DNA from: Hyphomicrobiales bacterium
Lineage (GTDB): Bacteria; Pseudomonadota; Alphaproteobacteria; Rhizobiales; Beijerinckiaceae
Assembly: GCA_947455995.1 (NCBI GenBank)
Contig: CANGQA010000005.1
Coordinates: 1,599 to 65,598, forward strand
Reading direction: 5' to 3'
Length of the DNA stretch: 64,000 nt
Part shown: positions 9,909-20,627 of the stretch, in pieces
Layout: every line of letters begins with the position of its first letter
Position numbering within the stretch: the stretch's first letter is position 1
Made by a program: the position numbers and the translations under genes
Notes under the pieces: model-generated
Told to the model about the DNA's origin: nothing
Seen by the model: only the letters and a program-made list of their open reading frames with translations
The model's database searches: none

Positions 9909-11420
9909 TCAAGGCGATGGCGAGATGGCTTTGGGTATCAGTCTCTCGCTGCCGAGCGCGTCTGAGGCTCCTTCATAGCCCGCTTCATGATATTCGGCAT
10001 CCTCGTTGACATTCCAAACATCGAACCGGCGTGAACCGGCTATAATGTTCTCGACGGTCAGCATCGATGTCATCATGGCGTGGTCCTGATTGTTGTATTT
10101 GTGCATACCGTTGCGCCCGACCAGATGCAGGGTTGGAAAGCGTTCCTCGATCTCGGTGCGCATGGCCATCACATGTTTGCGGTAATGCTCATCATAGACT
10201 GGATAGGCTTTGGGTTGGCGCACCACCACCCCGTCGATCACCTGATTGGCTTGAACCAGTCCAATTTTATCAATCTCCTGCTTGGCCAGTTCGATCAGGT
10301 CGCTATCAGACATCGTCCATAGGCCATCGCCCTCGAAGCAGAAATATTCCAGTCCTAGACAGGTCAGGCCGGGATCCGGGACCATTTCAGGCGACCATGA
10401 ACGGAAATTCTGGACCCGCCCGACTTTAACTGACGGGTCATGGATATAAATCCAGTTGTCTGGAAAATCCTTGTCATACTTAGCAATGAGGGCAACGGTC
10501 AGAAAATCCCGATAGGCCAGTTGTTTGGCATGGGGCGCTGCCGCAAGTTCCGGTTTCAGCATGGTGCCGAGTTCGCGTAACGGTGCAGACGAGATCACAT
10601 GCTTGCCGTGATATTTATGGAGTAGGCCGTCAGCCGTTCGGGTCGTGACCTCCCAGAGATTGTGATTGTCCAGCCATTCCACCGCAACGGTCTTTTCACC
10701 CATCAGGATCAGACCGCCTTGAGCCCGGGTTTTTTCAGCAGCTGCCTCCCACAACATCCCCGGACCACGGCGCGGATAGCGGAAACTCTCGATCAGGGTT
10801 TTGATGACCGGCTGGCCGTTTTTGTCCTTTTTGGAGGGCAGGATATTGCGGGTCAGCGCATTCCAGATCGCCGAACCCAGACTTAACCCCTTGATTCGCT
10901 GGGCAGCCCAATCGGCTGAAATATCGTCACAGGACATGCCCCAGACTTTTTCCGTATAGGTGCGGAAAAAGATGGAAAACAGTTTCTCGCCGAATTGGTT
11001 GCGAACCCATTCGTGAAAACTTTTCGGATTTTGGATCGGCGTCAAACGCGCCCAAGCATAGGAGATGACGCAGCTCAGCGAGGTCCACAGACCCAGATTG
11101 GTCAATGCCTCGAATGCCCGCAGCGGGTAGGAATAGAATTTTCCATCGTAGAAAATGCGCGAGAGGCGTGGCCGCTCGATAAAATCATCGGGCAGGATCT
11201 CGTCCCACAAATCCACGACGGCGCGCGATTTCGAGAAAAAGCGGTGTCCACCAATATCGAACAAAAATCCGTTATGGCGTACCGTCCGGCTGATGCCGCC
11301 AACCAGTTCAGGTTCTTGTTCCAGAACGATGACGGTGTGTTTCTGCTTGGTGAGTAAATAGGATGCTGTCAGGCCAGCCGGTCCTGCGCCGATAATCAGC
11401 ACATTGGCAGTAGGTGTCAT
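9909..11420 (-). CDS. NAD(P)/FAD-dependent oxidoreductase (amine-oxidase / UDP-galactopyranose-mutase-like fold)
   Basis: 503 aa with an N-terminal VLIIGAGPAGLTASYLL...VLEQ dinucleotide fold. It lies directly downstream of a GtrA gene in the same orientation. Confidence 0.7.
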   Translation of the reverse strand: MTPTANVLIIGAGPAGLTASYLLTKQKHTVIVLEQEPELVGGISRTVRHNGFLFDIGGHRFFSKSRAVVDLWDEILPDDFIERPRLSRIFYDGKFYSYPLRAFEALTNLGLWTSLSCVISYAWARLTPIQNPKSFHEWVRNQFGEKLFSIFFRTYTEKVWGMSCDDISADWAAQRIKGLSLGSAIWNALTRNILPSKKDKNGQPVIKTLIESFRYPRRGPGMLWEAAAEKTRAQGGLILMGEKTVAVEWLDNHNLWEVTTRTADGLLHKYHGKHVISSAPLRELGTMLKPELAAAPHAKQLAYRDFLTVALIAKYDKDFPDNWIYIHDPSVKVGRVQNFRSWSPEMVPDPGLTCLGLEYFCFEGDGLWTMSDSDLIELAKQEIDKIGLVQANQVIDGVVVRQPKAYPVYDEHYRKHVMAMRTEIEERFPTLHLVGRNGMHKYNNQDHAMMTSMLTVENIIAGSRRFDVWNVNEDAEYHEAGYEGASDALGSERLIPKAISPSP

Positions 11421-11436
11421 GTAAAAGGCTTTCGGG

Positions 11437-11847
11437 CTATGCTTTGCGGCCTAACGGAGCAAAACTGAATAAAAAATGACCAGAGAAAGAAAGTGCTGCA
11501 GCCGTCAGCGCGCTGGTGACAATCAACCATTGAGCGGCAATTTCTGGCTGCATCCAACGTAAAAACATGAAGAAAAACAGGTTGAAGCTCTGGGCAACAC
11601 CCGTGACAATGCCGTATCGAATGGCTTCAAGATGTTTGCTGCGGCCCGAGGCTGAAAATGTCAGCCAACGGTTCAATGCCCATGTCACGGGGGTAGCCAT
11701 GCACAATGAAGCAAAACGGCTTATTGCGTCATGTTTGCAAAAGTTGAAAATTAAAGAATAGCTGAACATATCAACGGAAAGACCAACAAGGCCTATCGAT
11801 AGAAATGAAATAATTTTTCGTAAAAAATACGGCATAGCGTGAACCAA
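11437..11847 (-). CDS. GtrA-family small membrane protein
   Basis: 136 aa with four hydrophobic helices. Its size and topology fit GtrA-like polyprenol-linked sugar translocation proteins. It is visibly more AT-rich than its neighbours. Confidence 0.6.
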   Translation of the reverse strand: MVHAMPYFLRKIISFLSIGLVGLSVDMFSYSLIFNFCKHDAISRFASLCMATPVTWALNRWLTFSASGRSKHLEAIRYGIVTGVAQSFNLFFFMFLRWMQPEIAAQWLIVTSALTAAALSFSGHFLFSFAPLGRKA

Positions 11848-12099
11848 AAACGAATGGATCGAAACGCGTTCAACAACAAAAACAAAAAATTAAAAATACT
11901 CTACTCATACAAACATATAACATCTACATTCCGAAGGAAAGCAGAAAATCGTCCTAATTATGACAGAATTGTCGTGGAAAGCCTTTCCATGCAGTTGAGA
12001 TTGTTTTTTGACTGCGGTCAGGTGAGCGTGAGCGCGCGAGAACATTGAACAGGCATCATCGGTTTGTCGCCGGAATTGATGGGATTGGAACAGAGAGCA

Positions 12100-13281
12100 A
12101 TGAATTTATACCTCATCCCCCAGATCAGCAGGATGATTGTGATGGCCGGTCTTGGAGCGGTCTTGGTGGCCTGTTCGCCTACCATTGATAGTGTGACCAG
12201 CGATTTTGCCTCCCCTACGGCGATTTGGCGGTCGCAAAGGGCTGATCCGCATGATGTCCGTATTCTGGTGACCTCGACGAGGAAACTGAACAGCAAGGGC
12301 CAGATGACCGGCGACATCGGCACGGAACCCAGCTATTTTTCAACCAGTGTCAGTGTCCCGCCCGGACACCGTAGCGGAATCATCGAGCGGCCCAGTATCA
12401 CGTCAGAGAGCAAAGCCCGCCATTTCGTGTTAGGGGCGCAACGCCCTATGGATGCCGATAATTTTCGGACCGCATTGGCCACCAGTCTGTCAGGCCGTGT
12501 CGGAGTGTCGCGCGATGTATTGATTTTTGTGCATGGCTTCAACACCAGCTATGATGAAGCCCGCTATCGGCTGGCTCAGGTTGTCGAGGATGCGCAGTTT
12601 TCCGGTGTGCCGTTGCTGTTCACATGGCCCTCGCAACGCGATCTGTTCGCTTATGTCACCGACAAGGACAGCGCGACGGCCTCGCGCGACACTTTGGAAC
12701 GCCTGATGCGTGATGTGGCTGCGACACCGGGGGTCGGGCGTGTGCATGTATTGGCCCATTCGATGGGCACATGGCTGGCGATGGAAGCCTTGCGCCAGAA
12801 TGCAATTGGCGGACAGGCCGATCTGGGTGGCCGTTTGGGTGAGGTCATGCTGGCGTCTCCCGATATCGGGCTTGATGTGTTTCGTGGCCAGATGGCGCGA
12901 TTGGGTCAGGTCACTCGGGTTTCGGTGTTTGCCGCGTCAGATGACAAGGCATTATCGATTTCCGGTGCACTGGCTGGCTCGCGGACCCGCGTTGGTGCTC
13001 TGGATTTGAACAACAGCGAACACCGCGCCGAAATCGCCCGTCTGGGCGTGCGGGTCTATGATCTGAGCAAAATGAATGTGCAGGACATGTTCCGCCACGG
13101 AAACTATGCCGAAGCGCCGCAAATCGTCGGCATGATCGGGGCACAACTGGCCGAACCCAAATTCGAGGATCGACAAGCCGGCGGCTTTATCGATGACGAT
13201 GCTGTCAAAGCGGCCAAAGCACCAAGGCCTGGAGCTGCGGCGGTGACCAGCGAAAGCCTGCCCCCACCACCTGCCCAATAA
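12100..13281 (+). CDS. Lipoprotein alpha/beta hydrolase (DUF900-like esterase)
   Basis: It has a signal peptide with a lipobox (LVACS), IFVHGFNTSYDEA and a nucleophile elbow (AHSMGTW). The start is at the ATG at 12100. Confidence 0.7.
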   Translation: MNLYLIPQISRMIVMAGLGAVLVACSPTIDSVTSDFASPTAIWRSQRADPHDVRILVTSTRKLNSKGQMTGDIGTEPSYFSTSVSVPPGHRSGIIERPSITSESKARHFVLGAQRPMDADNFRTALATSLSGRVGVSRDVLIFVHGFNTSYDEARYRLAQVVEDAQFSGVPLLFTWPSQRDLFAYVTDKDSATASRDTLERLMRDVAATPGVGRVHVLAHSMGTWLAMEALRQNAIGGQADLGGRLGEVMLASPDIGLDVFRGQMARLGQVTRVSVFAASDDKALSISGALAGSRTRVGALDLNNSEHRAEIARLGVRVYDLSKMNVQDMFRHGNYAEAPQIVGMIGAQLAEPKFEDRQAGGFIDDDAVKAAKAPRPGAAAVTSESLPPPPAQ

Positions 13282-13347
13282 GGCGATCTGCCCAATAAGG
13301 CGATTCCGTCGCTTGCAGGGTCAATAGGAAAAAGTTGTGCGCCGCCC

Positions 13348-15507
13348 TTATTGGGCGGCACTGCGTTGGGAATAACCGAGTTTGATATTCAACTCGTCCA
13401 GTAATTTGGCGGCAGCTTCGGTTATCACAGTTCCGGGCGGGAAGATGGCCGCAGCACCAGAGGCTTCAAGAGCGGCAAAATCCTGTGGTGGTATCACGCC
13501 GCCCACCACCACCATCACATCGGAATGGCCCTGATCCGCCAGAGCCGATTTCAGAGCAGGCACCAGCGTCAAATGGCCTGCGGCCAGTGACGACACGCCG
13601 ACAATATGTACCTCCTGGGCGATGGCCTGTTCCGCCACTTCCTCGGGCGTAGCAAAGAGCGGGCCGATCACCACATCAAAACCGAGATCGGCAAAAGCCG
13701 AGGCAATCACCTTCTGGCCGCGATCATGGCCGTCCTGTCCCATTTTGGCGAGCAGGACACGCGGCGGGCGTCCCTCGTTCTCACGGAAGGCACTGATTTG
13801 GGCCTCGACCCGGCGGGCGGTTTCATTGTTGGCACCCATTTCACGACGATAGACGCCGGAAATCGACTTGATCTCGGCCTTGTGACGGCCAAATACCATT
13901 TCCAACGCCAAGGAAATTTCGCCGACTGTGGCTTTGGCGCGTGCAGCTTCGACCGCCAGAGCCAGCAGATTGCCCTTGCCGCGGGCCCCCTCGGTCAGAG
14001 CATTGAGTGCGGCTTTGACGGCCGTGTTGTCGCGCTCGGCTTTGAGGCGGTTGAGCTTGTCGATCTGGGCCACGCGCACGGCAGAATTGTCGACTTTCAA
14101 CACATCGATCGGACGCTCGTCGGTGGTGCGGAAGCGGTTGACGCCAACGACAGATTGATGGCCGGAATCAATACGGGCTTGGGTTTTGGCCGCTGCTTCT
14201 TCGATCCGCAGTTTGGGGATGCCGGCTTCGATGGCTTTGGCCATGCCGCCGAGTTTTTCGATTTCCTGAATATGTTCCCATGCTTTTGCGGCCAGATCAT
14301 GCGTCAGGCGTTCAACATAATAGGAGCCTCCCCACGGATCGATGATTTTGGTGGTGCCGCTTTCTTGCTGCAGGAATAACTGGGTGTTGCGCGCGATACG
14401 GGCTGAGAAATCGGTCGGCAGGGCCAGCGCCTCATCCAGTGCATTGGTGTGAAGCGATTGGGTATGGCCCTGGGTGGCGGCCATCGCTTCGATTTGCGTG
14501 CGAATCACATTGTTGAACACGTCCTGGGCGGTCAGCGACCACCCCGATGTTTGCGAATGGGTGCGCAGGGGAAGGGATTTTTCAGATTGCGGATCAAATT
14601 GTTGAACCAGCTTGCACCACAACAAGCGTGCGGCACGCAGCTTGGCGATTTCCATGAAGAAATTCATGCCGATCGCCCAGAAGAAACTCAAGCGCGGAGC
14701 AAAACGGTCAACCGACAGGCCAGCGGCCACACCCGCGCGGATATATTCGACCCCATCGGCCAGCGTATAGGCCAGTTCCAGATCCTGCGTCGCACCTGCT
14801 TCCTGCATGTGATAGCCGGAAATCGAGATGGAGTTGAATTTAGGCATTTTCTGCGAGGTGAAAGCAAAAATATCCGAGATGATCCGCATCGACGATGAGG
14901 GGGGATAGATATAGGTGTTGCGCACCATGAATTCTTTGAGAATGTCGTTCTGGATCGTGCCCGACAGTTTATCGGGGCTGACGCCCTGTTCTTCGGCGGC
15001 GACGATATAAAGCGCCAGAATGGGCAGGACTGCACCATTCATGGTCATGGAGACGCTCATCTGGTCGAGAGGGATGCCCGAAAATAGCGTGCGCATGTCG
15101 TAGATGGAGTCAATCGCCACTCCTGCCATGCCGACATCACCCGCCACACGCGGATGATCGGAATCATAACCGCGATGGGTGGCCAGATCGAAGGCAACCG
15201 ACAGGCCCTTCTGGCCTGCTGCCAGATTACGCCGGTAAAAGGCGTTGGAGTCCTCCGCAGTCGAAAAACCGGCATATTGGCGTATGGTCCAAGGCTGGTT
15301 GACATACATTGTCGGATAGGGACCACGAAGAAACGGGGCCGTGCCGGGGAAACTGTCGATATAATCGAGCCCTTGGCGGTCTTCCTCCGTATACAGTCCT
15401 TTTACGGCTATGGACTCCGGTGTCATCCACTCGGTGGAACTGTCGTCAAGGGCACCGACCGTTGCCAGAGTGAAGTCGATTGTCGAGAAATCCGGAATAC
15501 GGCTCAT
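13348..15507 (-). CDS. mutB: Methylmalonyl-CoA mutase large (alpha, catalytic/B12-binding) subunit
   Basis: 719 aa. The mutase TIM-barrel region ([44 protein letters not shown]) and the C-terminal B12 domain ([13 protein letters not shown]) are unambiguous. Confidence 0.95.
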   Translation of the reverse strand: MSRIPDFSTIDFTLATVGALDDSSTEWMTPESIAVKGLYTEEDRQGLDYIDSFPGTAPFLRGPYPTMYVNQPWTIRQYAGFSTAEDSNAFYRRNLAAGQKGLSVAFDLATHRGYDSDHPRVAGDVGMAGVAIDSIYDMRTLFSGIPLDQMSVSMTMNGAVLPILALYIVAAEEQGVSPDKLSGTIQNDILKEFMVRNTYIYPPSSSMRIISDIFAFTSQKMPKFNSISISGYHMQEAGATQDLELAYTLADGVEYIRAGVAAGLSVDRFAPRLSFFWAIGMNFFMEIAKLRAARLLWCKLVQQFDPQSEKSLPLRTHSQTSGWSLTAQDVFNNVIRTQIEAMAATQGHTQSLHTNALDEALALPTDFSARIARNTQLFLQQESGTTKIIDPWGGSYYVERLTHDLAAKAWEHIQEIEKLGGMAKAIEAGIPKLRIEEAAAKTQARIDSGHQSVVGVNRFRTTDERPIDVLKVDNSAVRVAQIDKLNRLKAERDNTAVKAALNALTEGARGKGNLLALAVEAARAKATVGEISLALEMVFGRHKAEIKSISGVYRREMGANNETARRVEAQISAFRENEGRPPRVLLAKMGQDGHDRGQKVIASAFADLGFDVVIGPLFATPEEVAEQAIAQEVHIVGVSSLAAGHLTLVPALKSALADQGHSDVMVVVGGVIPPQDFAALEASGAAAIFPPGTVITEAAAKLLDELNIKLGYSQRSAAQ

Positions 15508-17360
15508 GCTGAACCTCCCACCTGTGACTGCTGCACATGATCCTGGAGCGGACTTAAAATTTTGAGCAGATTAACACCGACAGCGATGAAATCATCAATG
15601 CCGGCCTGTTTGAGCTGGTCTTGAAGTGCGGCCGGGCGGCCTGCCAGCAGGATGCGGTTTGCTCCGGCGGCTTTGAGCGCAAGCGCCGCTGGCACCGCAT
15701 GTTCACCATAAACCTCATCGGATGAACACAGGCACGCCACTGTTGCACCGGAATGGCGAAAAGCCTCGGCCAAAGCGGTATAATCAGTGTCGCCCTCGGA
15801 GGGTATGGTCTCGATTCCGCCCGCTTCGAAGAAATTTTTGGCGAATTGGCTGCGGGCAGTGAAAGCCGCGATCGGACCCAGATTGGCCAGAAAAACGGCA
15901 GGGCGATGGCCAGTGGAAGCCTGCATCCGGTCGGAGGCATCACGCAGGGCCTCAAACGGTTCCGACAGACGCCGTGGTGGCAGGAGACCCTGAGGGGACA
16001 ATACCCCCAGCGGGGCCAGTACGGCCACCGGAACTTCATTGATGTCAGGGAATTCGCTTGTCCCCGTCAGGGCCTGTTTGCGCTTGGCCAGATCGTCATC
16101 GCGATGCTGGCTGACGGCTTTGATTGTCCCAACAAACTGTCCATGCGTGAGCGCCGTGAATATCCCGCCCTCGCTTTCGATTGACTGGAACAGGGCCCAA
16201 GCCTTGTCCGTCAGTTCCTGCGTCAGTGCTTCCACCCCGCCCGAACCTGCGGCAGGATCGGTGACCTTGTCCAGATGCGATTCTTCGATCAGCACGGTTT
16301 GCGTGTTGCGGGCAATCCGGCGGGCAAAGGCATCGGGCAGGCCGAGACTCTGGGTAAACGGCAAGACCGTGATCGCATTGGCTCCGCCCAATCCGGCAGC
16401 AAAAACGGCGACGGTGGAACGTAAAATATTCACCCACGGATCGCGCTGCGTCATCATTCGCCATGCGGTTTCACCGGTGATGCAGGCCGGTTGTGGCTTC
16501 AGCCCGCAGGCCTGTTCAACCCGCGCCCAGAGCAGGCGTAAGGCCCGGAATTTGGCCATGGTCAGAAATTGGCTGGAATCGGCTGCCAGCCTGAATTCAA
16601 TGGTCTGGCGAGCCTCGTCCAGATCCATGCCATGCTGTTCAAGACCGCGCAGGTAAAACAGGGCGGCAGAAAGGGCAAAGGCGAGTTCCTGCGCCTCGGA
16701 CCCGCCAGCGGCATGGATAATACGCCCATCGGCTTTGACAATCGGTGCCATGAAACCGCGCGAGCGCAGATCGATCACGGCAGCAGAAAAACGCTTGGCG
16801 ATCTCTTGGCCATCCCCGGGTGTCTGGCCTGTGACTGCAAAGGCCCCGAGCGGGTCGAGACCAAAACGGATTTTGGTGTTGACTGGCAACACATTACGGG
16901 ACTTGACCACTTGGGCCATGGCCTGAATGGCTGCTTTGCCATGGGGACCTGGATCGAGAACCAGATCGGCCCCGACATCAAGCAGCACATGCTCAAGTAC
17001 GGCATCAACCGCCTCGACGGTGGCAGGCAGGCCGAAGCCATAGGCGTTAACGGCCCCCTCGAACACCAGCGATAGGCCGCTTGCGCCCTGTTCAAGATCG
17101 GTCAGGGCCTGCTGGTTGGCTTGGCTGGCATCGGGATGGTCGATCCGGGCCAGCGAGGCCCAAGGCGTGCCAGGTGCACGGCTGATCAGCGGCGGCAAAT
17201 TCGAACTTTTGGCATAAAGAGGCTCGATGCGGATCGCATCAGCGGTATGTCCGACCAGTTTCTTGTCGAAATCAGCGCCTTTGAGGACAGCCTCGACCCG
17301 TGAAAGCCAGATGTCACGGGTTGCCAGAGCCCCATCGGGGATAAAAGAATGATCAGCCAT
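15504..17360 (-). CDS. mutA: Methylmalonyl-CoA mutase small (beta) subunit
   Basis: It is mutase-like but lacks the DXHXXG B12 motif, and its stop overlaps the alpha-subunit start. An AAGGAA Shine-Dalgarno precedes the ATG at 17360. Confidence 0.85.
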   Translation of the reverse strand: MADHSFIPDGALATRDIWLSRVEAVLKGADFDKKLVGHTADAIRIEPLYAKSSNLPPLISRAPGTPWASLARIDHPDASQANQQALTDLEQGASGLSLVFEGAVNAYGFGLPATVEAVDAVLEHVLLDVGADLVLDPGPHGKAAIQAMAQVVKSRNVLPVNTKIRFGLDPLGAFAVTGQTPGDGQEIAKRFSAAVIDLRSRGFMAPIVKADGRIIHAAGGSEAQELAFALSAALFYLRGLEQHGMDLDEARQTIEFRLAADSSQFLTMAKFRALRLLWARVEQACGLKPQPACITGETAWRMMTQRDPWVNILRSTVAVFAAGLGGANAITVLPFTQSLGLPDAFARRIARNTQTVLIEESHLDKVTDPAAGSGGVEALTQELTDKAWALFQSIESEGGIFTALTHGQFVGTIKAVSQHRDDDLAKRKQALTGTSEFPDINEVPVAVLAPLGVLSPQGLLPPRRLSEPFEALRDASDRMQASTGHRPAVFLANLGPIAAFTARSQFAKNFFEAGGIETIPSEGDTDYTALAEAFRHSGATVACLCSSDEVYGEHAVPAALALKAAGANRILLAGRPAALQDQLKQAGIDDFIAVGVNLLKILSPLQDHVQQSQVGGSA

Positions 17361-17643
17361 CAAGGATTCCTTGATCAATAGGGGCAAGCAGAAGCTGTTT
17401 GCCAATGCGTGGTGAACCGGTCAGTTTGGGTCGTTTATCCAGTATGTTTGGGATACCGTTTGTATCAAAGTCCGTTTTATCGGGCCAATCATGCACCAAT
17501 TGGCCGGTTTTGACCACCAAGCCCTTTGGGGAATGCCGCTCGGCTCGGAGGTGGTTGGCAATCATGGTCGGCAATCATGCTTGCGGCTTGCCACTGGCGG
17601 TCAGGTCGTTAATCTGTGCCCTGCAATGGTAGAATTTTGAAGG

Positions 17644-19032
17644 ATGATCCGCATGGCGCAGTTGGATGCTGTTTTAAAAGCGATTGATACCGATCTTGAG
17701 GCCTCGTTGGATCGATTGTTCGACTGGCTGAAAATCCCTTCGATCTCGACCGATCCCGCTTATGCAGCCCATTGCGTCACAGCGGCTCAATGGCTCAATA
17801 GCGAGTTGAAGGATTTGGGGTTCGATACGGCGGTTCGTGCGACGGCAGGACATCCGGTCGTGCTGGGGCGGATCAGCGGTGAGACGTCGCGCCATGCTTT
17901 GTTTTACGGCCATTATGATGTCCAACCCGTTGATCCGCTCAACCTGTGGGATGTGCCACCGTTCGAGCCGCGTCTCATCACCCTGCCCAATGGCCGCAAG
18001 GCCATTTCGGCTCGCGGTGCTTGCGACGATAAAGGGCAAGTTATGACTTTTATCGAGGCCTGCCGGGCTTGGAAAAAGGTGACAGGCACGCTGCCGGTCG
18101 GGCTGACGATCCTGGTGGAAGGCGAGGAGGAAAACGGCTCCCCCAATCTGCCCGCCTTTGTGGAAGCGAGCAAAGAGGAACTCGCCGCCGATGTCGCCTT
18201 GGTGTGCGATACCGGAATGTGGGATGCCAGAACGCCCGCGATCACGACCTCGCTGCGCGGTCTGGTCTATCAGGAGCTGGTGATCACCTGTGCGGATCGG
18301 GATTTGCATTCGGGCCTGTTCGGCGGTGCGGCACAAAATCCGATCCGTGTGCTGGCCAATATCATCGCCGATCTGCATGATCCACAAGGCCGTGTCACCC
18401 TCAAAGGCTTTTATGATGGAGTGCCCGACACGCCGAGCCAGATTCTAGAACAGTGGAAACATCTCGATCTCGATGATTTCCTGCCGCAAGTCGGACTGAA
18501 ACATCCGGCGGGCGAGAAGGACCGGATGATGATCGAGCAAATCCAGTCGCGTCCGACCTGCGACGTTAACGGGATTATTGGAGGCTATACGGGCGAGGGC
18601 ACCAAGACGGTGATTGCCTCGCAAGCGTCGGCTAAAATCTCGTTCCGGCTCGTGGGGGATCAGGATCCCATCGCCATCGCCAAAGCGTTTGATGATTTTG
18701 TGCGCGCGCGCGTGCCTGAAGATTGCCATTACCAGCTTGTCCACCACAAAGGTTCGCGCGCGCTGGCTCTGCCCTTCGACATGCCGGACCTGACAGCGGC
18801 CCGTTCGGCTTTGCATGATGAATGGGGTATCGCGCCTGTCACGATCGGATCAGGCGGATCGATACCGATTGTTGGTGATTTTAAACGGATTCTGGGGCTG
18901 GACACATTGCTGGTCGGCTTCGGGCTGGATGATGACCGTGTTCATTCGCCCAATGAGAAATATGATCTGACGAGCTTCCATAAAGGCACCCGCTCATGGG
19001 CGCGGATTCTCTCTGCTCTGGCCCATGGATAG
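17644..19032 (+). CDS. M20 family metallopeptidase (dipeptidase / ArgE-DapE-CPG2 family)
   Basis: It has HYDVQP, GACDDKG and VEGEEENGS metal-ligand motifs and a C-terminal HSPNEK. Confidence 0.85.
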   Translation: MIRMAQLDAVLKAIDTDLEASLDRLFDWLKIPSISTDPAYAAHCVTAAQWLNSELKDLGFDTAVRATAGHPVVLGRISGETSRHALFYGHYDVQPVDPLNLWDVPPFEPRLITLPNGRKAISARGACDDKGQVMTFIEACRAWKKVTGTLPVGLTILVEGEEENGSPNLPAFVEASKEELAADVALVCDTGMWDARTPAITTSLRGLVYQELVITCADRDLHSGLFGGAAQNPIRVLANIIADLHDPQGRVTLKGFYDGVPDTPSQILEQWKHLDLDDFLPQVGLKHPAGEKDRMMIEQIQSRPTCDVNGIIGGYTGEGTKTVIASQASAKISFRLVGDQDPIAIAKAFDDFVRARVPEDCHYQLVHHKGSRALALPFDMPDLTAARSALHDEWGIAPVTIGSGGSIPIVGDFKRILGLDTLLVGFGLDDDRVHSPNEKYDLTSFHKGTRSWARILSALAHG

Positions 19033-19065
19033 GCAAGGGAAAAATATCCAGATCGGGATTGCCGT

Positions 19066-20616
19066 TTAGGATGTTTGACGGGTCAGGCGCGGATCAAGCC
19101 GCAACAGCTTGACCATCACCAGCAAGGGCAGGGCGTAAGCGACCAGCCCGATCACCGCGAGCCCTGCCAGTTCCATCTCGTTGCTGGCAGAGGTCCATTG
19201 TCCGCTCCATTGTGCAACAAGTGGCAGGCTTGCTTGGAGAAGGGCGAACATCACACAGGCCGACAGGCCGATGCCAAGCAGCCACCGGCCCAATGTGCTG
19301 TCAGGGACCATCCAGCCCCGCCGCAAGGCCAGGAGAACAAGCAAACCAAAGTTGATCCAGGCCCCAATCGCTGTTGCAAAGGCCAAACCAGCAGCGCCCC
19401 ATGATTGGGCCAGCATGATCTTGAGCAGGATATTGACGGCTATTCCTGCAAAGGATGCGATCACGGGCGTGGTTGTATCGGAGCGCGCGTGGAAGCTGGA
19501 AACGGCCGAGCGGATCAGCACCACCGCCGGAAGGCCGATCGTATAAGCGGCCAGGACAGCGGCTGCATTGCTTGCGGCTGCGGCATCAAAGGCCCCGCGC
19601 ATGAACAGTCCGCGCATGATCGCATCGGGCACCAGCACAAACGCGATCACAAAGGGCATCGACAGGGCAAGGGTCATAGCCATGGCCTGATTTTGAGCCA
19701 GATGAGCCCGATCCGGCTGGCCTGCCGCCCAATGACGGCTCATGGCGGGCAGCAATACGGTGCCTGCGGCAATCCCGATCATACCGACCGGTAATTGATA
19801 GACCCTATCGGCATAGTAGAGCGAGGCAACCGCTCCTGTCGGCAGCATGGAGGCAATGATCGTGTCGGCAAACATCGCCAGTTGAACCCCTGCCGAGCCG
19901 ACAACGGCCGGGCCCAGAGCTTTGAAAAAGCCGCGTATTGCCCGCTTGTGGCTGTCCTCGGCACTGGTGGCCAGAAGGGATGGCAGGATGTTGATGCGCG
20001 CTGCGGCGATCCACACCAACAGCAATTCCAAAACACCAGCGCCAAATACGCCCCAAGCTGCCGCATGGGCGGTTGAAGGAAACAAAGAACCGACCAGCAA
20101 GGCAGCTATAATGGACAGATTAAGCAACACAGGAGCAAAAGCCGCCGAGGCAAACCGCTCATGGGCATTCAGCATGCCCGACATCAGTGTCACCAGTGAG
20201 ATGAAGAGCAGATAGGGAAAGGTGATGCGCGTCAGGGCAACAGCCAGCGCGAATTTTTGCGGATCGGCAGAAAACCCCGGTGCCAACCAGCTCACCACAT
20301 GCGGCATGAAAACAATGGCCAGAATAGTAATCAGGCTTAAAAACCCCAACAAAATGCGGAAGAGACTCGAGGCAAACAATTGGGCGGCTCGTGATCCCTG
20401 ATCTTCCAGCTGCTTGGCATAAGCAGGAACAAAGGCGGCATTGAAAGCGCCCTCGCCAAAAATGGCACGGAAATGGTTGGGTAGGCGTTGGGCCACGACA
20501 AAGGCGTCTGCCATCCAGCCCGCCCCCAACACACTGGCAATCACGATATCGCGGATAAAGCCGCTGATGCGTGACAACAAGGTGAGAGAGCCGACCGAGG
20601 CGATCTGTCGGAACAT
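19066..20616 (-). CDS. murJ: Lipid II flippase MurJ (MviN)
   Basis: 516 aa with about 14 TM segments. The N-terminus (LTLLSRISGFIRDIVIASVLGAG..ADAFVVAQRLPNHFRAIFGEGAFNAAFVP) is characteristic of MurJ. Confidence 0.9.
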   Translation of the reverse strand: MFRQIASVGSLTLLSRISGFIRDIVIASVLGAGWMADAFVVAQRLPNHFRAIFGEGAFNAAFVPAYAKQLEDQGSRAAQLFASSLFRILLGFLSLITILAIVFMPHVVSWLAPGFSADPQKFALAVALTRITFPYLLFISLVTLMSGMLNAHERFASAAFAPVLLNLSIIAALLVGSLFPSTAHAAAWGVFGAGVLELLLVWIAAARINILPSLLATSAEDSHKRAIRGFFKALGPAVVGSAGVQLAMFADTIIASMLPTGAVASLYYADRVYQLPVGMIGIAAGTVLLPAMSRHWAAGQPDRAHLAQNQAMAMTLALSMPFVIAFVLVPDAIMRGLFMRGAFDAAAASNAAAVLAAYTIGLPAVVLIRSAVSSFHARSDTTTPVIASFAGIAVNILLKIMLAQSWGAAGLAFATAIGAWINFGLLVLLALRRGWMVPDSTLGRWLLGIGLSACVMFALLQASLPLVAQWSGQWTSASNEMELAGLAVIGLVAYALPLLVMVKLLRLDPRLTRQTS

Positions 20617-20627
20617 GGCGGGTCCGT

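Noticed and set aside
17557-17579. A direct repeat, GGCAATCATG-GTC-GGCAATCATG, in the mutA / M20-peptidase intergenic region. I also considered a cobalamin riboswitch upstream of the mutase genes.
   Set aside because: It is a very short duplication with no associated structure. I could not recognise a B12-box or riboswitch-like conserved core in 17361-17643.
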